Origin: Nemertoderma westbladi
Taxonomy: Eukaryota > Animalia > Xenacoelomorpha
DNA length: 64,000 nt
NCBI GenBank assembly: GCA_032718475.1
Contig: JAUCBJ010005384.1
Location: 8,714-72,713, forward strand
Reading direction: 5' to 3'
Positions 49,601 to 60,355 of this stretch are shown one piece after another; within the stretch, counting starts at the first letter, position 1, and each line of letters opens with the position of its first letter. Under the pieces are notes generated by a model that saw nothing but the letters and a program-made list of their open reading frames with translations, was not told the DNA's origin and ran no database searches. The position numbers and the translations under genes are program-made.

Positions 49601-49822
49601 TTCCGTCGCTCGCCCTCTCGCGACGTCAACCTGTCTCTCTCTGCTCGATCGCACGCCGCTGGGGATACTCGCAATCCCCCTATTACTCCCCATCGCCGGG
49701 TGTTGCGGTTTACCTAATTCGGCCCGCGCATTATCCGCCGACGCCTGTGGGACACTCTCTGCCCCCCCTCTCTCGCTACTAATCTCTCGCGGTGGGGTGC
49801 CCGTAGCCCCCCCCCCCCCCAC
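46601..49822 (-). CDS. gag: BEL/Pao Gag-protease polyprotein (true start probably upstream across a frameshift)
   Basis: FDGSRPEEYLQF...CLKYLQVYTGG (Pao gag/DUF1759-like), CQLH...HKTRSC and CHRCVVEGHRPGEC knuckles, LVDSGA aspartic protease and AILTPFGWTLSG. Confidence 0.85.
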   Translation of the reverse strand: MGGGGATGTPPREISSERGGAESVPQASADNARAELGKPQHPAMGSNRGIASIPSGVRSSRERQVDVARGRATERRAQSEERRLVEFNRGVEDRRRLVEFNREVEKRRREDSRRSVATDDRRARTDSEPSIVERELGSQWGRTSGDCRRPGETHHTPREGYRMYRYEDESRIGDRREASRRDIAADREYGSRGEIRDSRRINFGSEGHMQTAGHTVGLTAHTIIGHSGRDRVGDRVARTTGLNPEVAEYIPVGRQEADRPISVPVQQHDYNTQGHYIYPGEGGIIADRCMGPNILTSTPVLNIPVGGGGGQGDIPPSQYQQYTPIRARTSNPLDESRSCDTEIWKGPLPPMIYPTQQAKSTDRTDGPHPTGETTQHPSNPLEAQAMGMATLIDALKTRIKLPPVEPFKFDGSRPEEYLQFRRMYSNEILTKNLTQAECLKYLQVYTGGPAYDIMRQYQGIEGGFTTAWRALDREYGHPAKIIQQTLRGITSGGLQDNPVSIRTFANKVEKALIVLKTLDAPYELNASNNITTIAQALPIWLRRKWRKIAFSTRDKKGAEPGLEEMSSFLNYEAELITDPVYSEDSLGKAPKIEYNRPKPEHNPTDPFSGVGQSLPHAATQGTASPRLAGSRATPWQGQKENNNINKHNPNIPSRPNTDNQNTKSVHINLGAIREGLYRERYNPGFKCQLHRDGTHKTRSCKHWQALPKQDRVAYTDANGLCHRCVVEGHRPGECRETAAREEETGGQTAARSMTEEKKKRKVLLGVVPVKISGEGGRSVTTLMLVDSGAAFTLVENWVAEEIGLKTRPNRMAVSTVSSKDEVLETRTGRCRIAAIAPGCDYGATIDPIHVIESININARRPTNIEVEQYRFLDGIDFSIPKVDVRKVSIIVGMDCPTAHERMKTVFGEDRQRDPTAILTPFGWTLSGPVKTNIICSVTETSGCMIPGTEDAEEVEEKQEVVEPDREVTVRKWAEESRLPSKHRYGDGAERTARCPEDNTPGECPEECPEEMQVRFGGIPTRGKSRRKAGWKGIGLLLYLLFCLFFHFLFILLVGDCGGETRFQGGRRGRTNSW

Positions 49823-52800
49823 CCGCCACTTCTAACTTCACTATCTCCTACTACACTTCTACGTCCCTCTTGTCGGACATTTTCTACCCCCCTTCTCTCT
49901 CCCCTAATCTTCCGTGATGGGGCTCCTGTAGCCCCCCCCCCCCCCCCACTCGCCCCCCCCCCCCACCCGTACGGTTGCTGTACGTACTGTACGTGTACCG
50001 CATGCTCTGTTCTCTTGCCTCACACTCTTCGCGTTCACTCTCTTGCTCCTTCCTTCCCCTCAGTCGCCACTCTAATTCTTCCATTTTTAATTTATATGCC
50101 ATGCATTCACTCTCTCGCACCCGTCTTTCTTTTGCGGAGGATGTAGCGGACTTATCGGTTGCGACGGACTCCCGCCGCCCCTCCGTCCTACTAACTTTCC
50201 CCCGCTCTCCAGGGTTCTCGCTGACCGACGAGGCCAAATCCTCGGAGCTAACCTCAGATTCGCCCTCGTGCGGTCCCGCCCAACCCACTAACTTAACTTC
50301 CCTGGCATCGACTAAGTATGGCCCTATGTACACTACACCAGGCCCCATACCCCTACAAACAGTTCGATGGCAACCCCTCTTGCTCTCTCGCTGGCTAGTT
50401 CTCCCTGCCCAGAATGCACTAGGTAATCAAAGTATCTGTTCGACTCACCTAGTCATCTCCTCAACTTCACCTGGTCTATCTCAGCTCCTCCTCTAGTTTC
50501 TTTCAGTTGTTCCCGGGTCGCGGCGTAGGCTCGTCGGAGCCGGACAACCCCGACGTCGACATATAATCTCTCCCTCTGGGTCCGACGTCGTACCGTCGGC
50601 TCCACCGTTGCCGTTCCGGTGGGCCGTTCGTCGCCCTCGGCCTGTGGCTGGCCGGCGACATCGGCATATCGACCGCCGCCCTGTGTCGACTCGTCTCTCT
50701 CCTCTCCCGACTCGTCCTCTCGCTGTAGACGGCCCCCTTCATCTTAGATCGCCGGATCGTTCGTCGACGGATCTGGCGTCGTGGGTTGATACCGTCTCGC
50801 CATGGCCTCGCGGATCGTTAGATCGTCGTCCGGGGTCCGCGGCGGTGTCGTCTTTCCTTCTCTACTCATCTGTCTGTGTCTGGCAGTTACAGTTCGGCAG
50901 GCCTAGAGTTAGGACTGTGACGGGATCCGAGAGGATCCCGGTTTATCCGGTGTTGGTTGTGTACGCGTCCCCGCCGTACCGTGATGGAAAAGAGTTTGTG
51001 TTGCTCCGACGTTATTGTTAATATATGAAATACAGTATAAATAGGATGATAGCAGATAGCAGTTAATGATGGTAATGTACCGGTAATATGGTGACGGCGG
51101 TGACGGTCCTAACTGTCACCGTACTGCCTGACTGTACTGGGATAACTGAATGAAAGCTGCATCGACCGGTAATATATATATTGCACAGTTGGCCATATTG
51201 CAGTATTGCTACTCAGCCGATGCTTCCCCCCTGATTGGCTAATATCCCTGTTGGCACCCTTTGGAGTGTTTCCCTTCACTCCTTGTGTTCTCTCTCGGTT
51301 AGGGGTTTGGCCCCTGACCCTCGTTTTGTGTTTCTCCTTCCCATTTTGGGGGGGTGGCACGAGTGGTTGATTACCCAACCTCGTGGCCCCCAATATTGCT
51401 TAATGGTTTACTTTATGGGGTTTGGTGAGGCGGAATTGATTCGCTAACACACTAGCACTAGACAGATACTATACTGCTATATGCATATTACCGGTAATAC
51501 AATTAATTGTGTGCAGCCAGACAGTAGGTAGAAAGCAAAAGTACAGTACCGTAGGGCCTACCACCTACATACAGTCCGCTATCAGTTCACCATTTGTTAT
51601 ACAAATCACAACACATAAAAGGCGGGGGAGAGTTGCAGAAACATCCATTTCGGTAATAATACACAACACAATCTACAGGTACGTATACTTTACAGGAGGA
51701 CCAGTGTTCGATGACTGTAAGGGTGCAGTACTGTACTGTAGTAACAGTGTTGGCCTACGGTAGGTATTTAAAATGAAAGTAAATTCCAATCTGAGTTTAA
51801 TATGTACCGTTGTTTGATTACTGCCAGGCTGTGTACACTGTAACAGAGCAATAACAGTACTGTATACTGCAGCCTATTACAAGTACATTACATATAGTAT
51901 TGACAGTGGAACAATCAATGTTTAAAGAAGACGCATGGAACCAGAAAATGGTTGTGTACAATGTTAAATTATTACTGATGAAGTAAAATTGTCTTCAAAA
52001 AAATTAATAGGCAAAACCCACGTTAGGCTAGGCGGCACCTGCCTTCGCCTTTGGGTAGGCCTATAGGCATGAAATGTTAAAAGCATTTGGTACAGTAGAT
52101 CATGACATTTTGCTAGGTAGGTTTAGGCCTGATGGGTGTAGGTTCTACAGTATTGGTTCCAGTCATACCTGTCAGATAGAGGTCAAACTGTAGTCATTAG
52201 CATATCGCAGTCTACTGTACAAGAGATTACCTGTGGTTTACAGCAAGGTAGTATTAGGTCCTCTACTTTTTGTATGCTTTAAATTATATGATAAGTAGTA
52301 TAGGCCTACTGTAGATCCCGATTGTACGAGTGGTTGGTTGATAATAAGCTATCCATTCACTGTGGTAAGACTGAAATAATTTTATTGGACTGCTGCTGTA
52401 TTCTTATCTTAGAAACCCATTTACTTTGAAACAACCGCTATCTGCGAAATTTACAATTAATAACACAATAACTACAGTATTTAAGTGGTGGCAAAAAGTA
52501 GGCTTTTTTGACGAGCGTAGCGAGACAAATAAAAAAGCAAGACAAAAAACGTTTTTCCACCATAGCTATCGATAGCTATAGCTATCATACAGCTATCACG
52601 ATAGCTATCATGTGTTCTATAAAACTTATAAAAAATTAGCAAAAACTAGCTAGTATTAGAAATTATCCATTTAATATATTATCTACATATTTAAATGTAA
52701 ATACAAATTTAAATCTACTTATTTAAATTAATATCATGGAAACATTACTTTTTGTGCTGACATAAAAAGTCTTTTTATGTCAACTTGTTAACGACTATTT

Positions 52801-55111
52801 ACTAAAAAAGTGACTTACAACAAATAAATATAATAATGTACTTACCATATATATAATACCGGTATGAATTGTATGATTATTAACTACGTTTTTATTACAT
52901 TTAAGGAATCGTATAATGACACTCGTGATCACACGCCAGAAACTATCCGCAAACACCCATCGGCTTTCGCTGAAATCGCGAGAATTATTTGGTACAACAA
53001 CATGGGAGAAATAATTAATTGATGATGATATTAAAACGCAGCAAATCTCTTGGATGACGGACAAAACATCTGTTACACCAACCAAATAAAGTACTTATGT
53101 TCCCTGCTGCTAGTCTGCAATATAAAATGCGAAGCAATTGATTTGACACGTGTAGGCCTACGTGTTTCAAAAATGCAATAAAATAAAACGTTCCTATAAT
53201 AACTAATATTGGTTTTACTTAATAACATTTTTCGAGATTTTATTACACGAGTCTGGCAGAACAATCACTGTGTCAAGACCACATTATCCGCTGGAGCTCT
53301 GCAAACCGATTTTAAATAATTTATTCTTAATGGTTACATTTGTTATCCTCGCATACAGTAGCTGCCAAGAACGTACAGCCTATAGGTCGGAACGCTGCAT
53401 AATAATAAATATCTTAGAAACAATCGAGTTCTGGAACTTTTTTTGTGTATTCCCTATTCGCTGTGGCCAAGGTGTCCTAAACTATAGGCCGGCCATGCAA
53501 CCGGAATTTACTCGATAACTTACTATGAGGGTCAAAATTACATAGTAAATATAGTGGAAATTTCATGTTATTGTAATTGTGAAAATCAATAATTTTTTTT
53601 ATAAAAAATATAATAAATTTTTCCATTTTCATTTTTGTTCCACCAAAGAATGTCAGCAACTTAATTACACTTATGATTTTCTAAAATGTTCACTGTAGTC
53701 CGGCAGATATATGCGGTTTTTTCACTGAATTTTTTGCATCGGCGTATATAGTAAATGTTTTGGGTGATTTTGGTAAGAAATTTTATTGTGATCAATATTC
53801 CGACTGATGCCTAGGTTGTATCATTGAGGAATTTGTGTAATTATCAATTTAAATAATTGTCACCAGGAACGGTTAAGATAATTCATCCTGTTCATTCAAC
53901 ATGATTCAATTACAATTAAACTTTACAACACCGGAATCACCATCTTATGGTAAACTTTTATGACAATTTTCATTTCAGTCGCGTCAAATATTTATGTAAA
54001 TTTAGTTTCTCTATTTTTTTTGGCTGAAAGTTGAAATTAATACATCTATTTTAATTTTGGAAAGGTTTTTTTAAATATATTAACCTATAGCCATGAATTT
54101 AGGATTGATGCAATGGTATTTTATTAAATTATTTTTTTAAATAAATTTAAGTAACAAATCTTGATTATCGTTACGATAGAGAAGGCCTACATTTTAGAAT
54201 TTGAAACCGGGGCTGTTCCCATTGGAACAATAGTGAGTAAAAAACGTTCTGGAACACACCCCTGTAGGTCCGAAAATCGTATTGCTTTTGCAAATAAAGT
54301 CATGACCCGGTGTAGAATTTTGTAACTTTTAGTACGGGCTCTGGCGGCGTTAAGCGCAATACCTTCAGTAAATTAACGAGACTATTATTTTTGGATGGAG
54401 GACCATGTTAGACGTCAGAACACAGTTGGTGATCGGTATAGCTAATTTGCATTCTAGAACTACAGGCCAAAAACAAGCTAGCTAGCCGACCCCTACCTAA
54501 CTCTATGTTGGGCCCTCTGGTTGAATATAAATGCAATCAATTTTTTCAAATGAACATTTTTCTTATAGAGGGAAGACCGGCGATTAATTTAAATACAAAT
54601 ATATCGCCACTTTAATTTTTTAAATGCGATAAATTTACATGAGAACAAAATACTTTCACTTTTTTAAGAAACCAACATTTACATTAACTGCCATAAAATG
54701 TAGCTACTTTGGTTTAACACGTTCAAACATGTATCAAAATTTGCGCTAATTATTTCTGCATTCACCCATGCAACTCATTTTGGATGAGTACTAAATCCTC
54801 CTAGTCAATTAGCCCGATTATTATCGGGGAAACGATAATCAGAGAATATTCAGAGAAAGTATACTCTCTGACATTTGGAAATATTTACTACAGTTACTAA
54901 GGTAACTAACTATTCTGTGAACGGCACTCCCTTACTGTACATGTATTACCTTGCGTTGTGTAGTTTCTAGGCGACTGACTGTATACACTAAACACGCAGG
55001 CACAATCAAGTCGTTTTAAAGCAGCCCCCTGTGTTTTTTTTAATAAGAGTTAGTAGTTTACAGTATGTACCGCCGATGTTCTTAAAAATTTAGCAATCTA
55101 AAAATAGAGTA

Positions 55112-57753
55112 TTGTGTAATGACCATATTTATATATTTAATAGCATTTTTCTTCACCTAGGGGACTTTCACTTTATGAGGGAATGTTTCGGAATTTTAGG
55201 AAAATTAATATCAGGCTCTGGGTTTGAAGACATCATATATCAGTCAGGGATTTGTACAGATGGGGCGATAAGTAGCATTATATCAACTTCACCACATTAC
55301 AACCGGTGTTGGTACATACATAGCCATTTTTCATAGGCTTATGTTTGAACGATTTGTAATAGAACAACCAGAACTGGAGTGGAGGATATCGAAATCAAAG
55401 CAAAATTTAGGTACTGATCTCGCAAATGAACAATGCGAATACGACAAATACATTTTGCAGCAGTACAGTAAATTTACTAATGACTGCAAATTAGAGGTGT
55501 TTACGGTATTACTCCTATGTTTTGGACAACTTGTTACCTTGAAATATACACTGCAATCCAAGCTCTTCACTGCGCAGTGCAAACAAATAACTACCATTTG
55601 AGATTATATGCATGGAAGTATCTTATAGCATGGGCGTTTTCACTAAACAAACAAAACTATTCTCGATTTGGCTCATATTACATCAGAAGTTTAGAGACTA
55701 TAGACATATCTCACCCAGGTTGCCGGCAAATTATTCAAGAAAAGGGTTTATCTGTCCAGGCTCAGGACAAATACTTATGCCGCACTTCCATAGATCAACG
55801 AGGGGAGCAGACCATAAACAAAGATGCTAAAGTAGCTGGTTGTATCAAGTACTTTGCCACAAATGAAGATGCAGTACGTAAATGGACATTGAATCGAGCT
55901 GCACAAGCAGAAAACACCAAAGCTCTGTGCGAAATGGCTAATATTAAGCGACACTCTGAAGTATACAAATTACTCCGTCCTTCTGGCATTAATATTTTAA
56001 TCTGAAAAATTCATCCAGCAAATTTTAAACGTGATGAAAACAGAGTATCTGAATCCTTTTGAACTTTGTTTAAAACCCGACAAGCTTTACAATTTGAGTT
56101 CTGGTATTCCAGTAAAAGAGGAACAGGCAATTGAAATATTGGCTGTAAAGAAAAATGGAATAGAAGCATGTACAAAATTTACTACTGAAAGATTGGATAA
56201 CTGTAATGTAAAGTTTTTTGACCCCATAACACGCATGAAGGTAACATTGTTCAAGGATACGGGAAGAAATATTCAGATTAATGGAGCGGGGAAGACTAAA
56301 GTTGTAGAAGTAAATCGCAATATATTAGGTGCTCTTCTGGCACACAGTACTGCATCGGGAAAATTAATCGATTTTAAAAAAGCACTGGAATATCCACTTA
56401 GTCCTGTACCTCTGTCAGTCGCATATCCAGACGGATCACCAAGAAAGACGACAAAGAGTCAACTCATGGATATTGTTCTATCATATAATGAAAACCAAAT
56501 GACCAAAAATCAATTCGAGGAAAGTAATTTGAATGGTAATGTGAAGTGCTATATGCTCGATCTTATAGCAGAAATTAGATCCATCGTGTCGTCTGGCAAA
56601 ACCTATGAAGATCTTGTGTTTGGAATTTTGAAGAAGATTCCAAAAGGAATAGACCGCATTGACTTAATTGCAGACACCTACAATGATAAAAATTCCATAA
56701 AAATTACTGAGAGGCAAAGGCGAGGCACTTCGACAACCATACTCATTAAGTCACCGAAATCGATGCTGCCAAGAAATTTGTCTGATTTTCTTCTCAACAG
56801 TGCCAATAAAAATAGACTTATTGATATCATACAAGAACATAATATAGTATTCAACAAAGAGAGAATAATTGATGACCTCCAATGTAAATTTATATTATTT
56901 TCAAAGTACTGTTCATGTAGTAAGATTGATAAAGATTCTGTTAACGAAGTTGAGTACTTGCAAAGCAATCAGGAGGAGGCAGATACTAAAATCATTCTAC
57001 ACACTCAAGATGCTTTAAAACTTGGCTATTCACCAATACTAATACGTTCTCCTTCTGGGGATATTGATATTACTTTACTGTTAGTACATTTTTTTCGACA
57101 TCCTCACGATCAAAACGTTATTTTAGATAATGGAAGGAACAAATCCCGCAAGGTATTGCGAATTAGTGATTTCGAAATGCCAACAGAACTAAAAGACTGC
57201 ATACTAGGAGTACACGCTTTTACAGGAAACGATCAGGTTTCATCATTCTTTGGAAAATCTAAAAAACGCTGTTGGAAGATAGCTGAAAAGCGTTCGAACT
57301 TCAGAAGATTATTTGCCGAGCTTGGAAGCTCGATAATATTAACTGCAGAGACGGAATTGGTGTTAGAGAAGTATGTGTGCTCACTGTATTCAACCAAACA
57401 AGAACAACATTGGACTGTCAATGAGCTTAGATACCAGATTTTTAATTTGCACTGCCTAAAGAAACATAGATGCCATGACTTGTCAACAATGCCCCCTTGT
57501 AAAAGAGTACTTAGTCTCCATATAAAATGAGCCAACTATGTTGCTTACCTCTGGAAAGCATCACTAAATAATATTATCGCGATAAATAGATTCACAGATC
57601 ATGGCTGGAATGATGATGGATCCATCCACTGGTCGGATGAGTATTTCCCTTATGACATCAGCAATATTTTGATAAATTGTGTCGAGGAACAAGAAAGCGG
57701 CAAAGATAGTGACGAAGATAGTGAAACGAGCGATGAGGATGAAGCAAGTGATT
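55112..57753 (+). pseudogene. Academ transposase with XPG/PIN-like nuclease region, 5'-truncated and frameshifted
   Basis: LGDFH, HYNRCWYIH, NYSRFGSYY, DQRGEQTINK, QEEADTKIILH, SGDIDI, HAFTGNDQVSSFFGKSK and MPPC...LHIK*ANY motifs over several frames. Confidence 0.8.
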
Positions 57754-58386
57754 AGTTTAGGACAACTTCCATGATTCATTTGGCATTATTGCCAATGCAT
57801 TTACATTATACTGTATTAGTAGTAATATATTATATTTATTGATAATTACTAAAATTAAATAGTTAAATAAGCAGCAAAGTTCTGACGACAAGGCAAAAAG
57901 GCAAATCTGATTGCACTACCGGATGCTGTACTTACTACGTATATGTGGAGACATACTGTAGGACAGTGAAGTAGAACATGATGTTCGTCCTGTACAGCTG
58001 AGTTGTCGCACTGACAGACTAATGAAGAATTCTAATGAAGAATTAAGTAACTTATAACTAGGAGTGTTTGCATTCTTACATAATTTGAATATACAGTGGA
58101 AAGGAATATCCATCCATATCTATGTTCTTAAGCATTTATGTAATAAAATTTTTCATAGGCTTAAGAATACGTTACCTTAATGGTGGAACCCCCAATTCGA
58201 CTAAACAGAGTTCTATAAGAATTTGTATACGGACATTTAATAGTATTTTACCATCCTACACGCCTTCCAATGTTGATATATTTATTACCTTACAGAAAAC
58301 TATATAAGATATTAAATAAATGTTATAGTACATTATGATAATGCTCTCCATAGTGAAAAATATCAACTGCCCCTATTGGGGCTCGA

Positions 58387-58430
58387 ACTCGGTACCTAGG
58401 TTTCAAACTTCCGGTTATCATCAACCGAGT
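58387..58430 (-). ncRNA. Minimal type I hammerhead ribozyme, C3U variant
   Basis: Identical to 58756-58799 except core TTGATGA (position 58424). Confidence 0.75.
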
Positions 58431-58755
58431 GTGTGTCCTAAGACCACTGAGCTACCAGGGCGGTAGAAGATTTATTCACTTTGGAGTGGGCTATCATATA
58501 TAGGCCTTTTACAGTCACTCATAGGAAAGTACAACGTTATTCCCGTGCTCTGCCAGAAATGGCAACCATGCCTCAAAGAATAACTATTATACAGTGTTGT
58601 AGAAACCACTGTAACCCCGTATGCCGGCCATGCCTGTTAATTAATTATAAATGAATTGTTGTAGGGAGGGTGACGGCGAATTAAATAAATGTTATAGTAC
58701 ATTATGATAATGCTCTCCATAGTGAAAAATATCAACTGCCCCTATTGGGGCTCGA

Positions 58756-58799
58756 ACTCGGTACCTAGGTTTCAAACTTCCGGTTATCATCAGCCGAGT
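58756..58799 (-). ncRNA. Minimal type I hammerhead ribozyme (intact core)
   Basis: Minus strand ACTCGG-CTGATGA-T-AAC-cggaa-GTT-T-GAAA-CCTAGG-TA-CCGAGT: 6-bp stem I, palindromic ACCTAGGT stem III and a GUA site (cut between 58762 and 58761). Confidence 0.88.
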
Positions 58800-60355
58800 G
58801 TGTGTCCTAAGACCACTGAGCTACCAGGGCGGTAGAAGATTTATTCATACCTTTCCTTTAATACACCCGATTTACTGATATACCTACTTACTTATAATGT
58901 AATATATTCATTGATTGCATGGCATTTCTGTTCTGTACGTTTCGTTTATGGCAAATTATATTCCCTCTGGTAAACAAAATTTGTTGCTGTTAAATAAATA
59001 ATTATAATTATATTGAAGAAATGACAATTTATTTTAGTAAATATTATTTTCCTAATTGCTAAGAATATTATAACTTTGCTTCGGTTTTTGTCACAACATA
59101 ATAAGCTACTGTAGTAGAAAAGTTTGAAAGCGAAAGTATAAATTCTGACTCTCAGAATATCAGTTCCATCTTTGTATTATTTATCTAGGGAGCCCACAAC
59201 CGGAGTGCCGCCGATTAATTGTTCGGGTAACACTAGATCTTTGAACAATGAGTACAGTTCAGGAGGATCTGTCATAAGAATTTGCAACGATCTGTGACTC
59301 AGTTTATGTATAAGCGCATGAATTTTGTATAATACATTAAAAAACAATTAATATAATGTAAGGAATCGCCTACACTGGTACACAACATAGGCCTACAGTA
59401 CATATAGTTGCCTAGTAACTGTAGTAAATATTTCCAAATGTCAGAGAGTATACTTTCTCTGAATATTCTCTGATTATCGTTTCCCCGATAATAATCGGGC
59501 TAATTGACTAGGAGGATTTAGTACTCATCCAAAATGAGTTGCATGGGTGAATGCAGAAATAATTAGCGCAAATTTTGATACATGTTTGAACGTGTTAAAC
59601 CAAAGTAGCTACATTTTATGGCAGTTAATGTAAATGTTGGATTCTTAAAAAAAGTGAATGTATTTTGTTCTCATGTAAATTTATCGCATTTAAAAAATCA
59701 AAGTGGCGATATATTTGTATTTAAATTAATCGCCGGTCTTCCCTCTATAAGAAAAATGTTCATTTGAAAAAATTGATTGCATTTATATTCAACCAGAGGG
59801 CCCAACATAGAGTTAGGTAGGGGTCGGCTAGCTAGCTTGTTTTTGGCCTGTAGTTCTAGAATGCAAATTAGCTATACCGATCACCAACTGTGTTCTGACG
59901 TCTAACATGGTCCTCCATCCAAAAATAATAGTCTCGTTAATTTACTGAAGGTATTGCGCTTAACGCCGCCAGAGCCCGTACTATTTTAGGGAAATCCTCA
60001 ATGATGCCAGTTGGGTATTGGTCGGATTATTCATGACAACAGTATTACCTACCCGGAAGTTAAAACATTTACTATACTTCCATGAACGGTATAATGCAAT
60101 AGTGTGGTAAATATTGTGCTAAATAATTATCCTATTGAATCAGAAAAAAAAATTATAATTGTAGTTTTATAATATATTAAACCATAAATTTATAGGCCTA
60201 TCCAATATCCATGGCAGGCAATGGCTGGCAATATATTTAGGCCTTTGCTACCTAAATTATGCTACTGTTTGACGTACGACAAAAATAGACTGCAATTTTG
60301 TCATGGTCATGTAAACTAAATCGTATTTTAGCCTAAAAATATAATAATATTATAA

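Larger units (their letters stand above)
44705..51449 (-). mobile_element. Non-autonomous BEL/Pao LTR retrotransposon (gag-protease only)
   Basis: 534-bp LTRs at 44705-45238 and 50916-51449 (about 4 differences by eye), 5-bp TSD CACTA and PPT GGGGGGAG on the minus strand. No RT, RNase H or integrase core found. Confidence 0.93.
58311..58847 (-). mobile_element. Retrozyme-like unit: two 168-bp direct repeats (369-bp period), each a tRNA-like scaffold with an internal hammerhead
   Basis: 58311-58478 and 58680-58847 differ at one base by eye. Minus-strand order is A box, hammerhead, B box. Confidence 0.85.
54330..59983 (+). mobile_element. Academ-superfamily DNA transposon (AcademX-like)
   Basis: About 570-bp near-identical TIRs starting TAGT (54330-54899 and 59413-59983), 3-bp TSD TTT and an internal transposase/XPG-like ORF. 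Confidence 0.85.
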
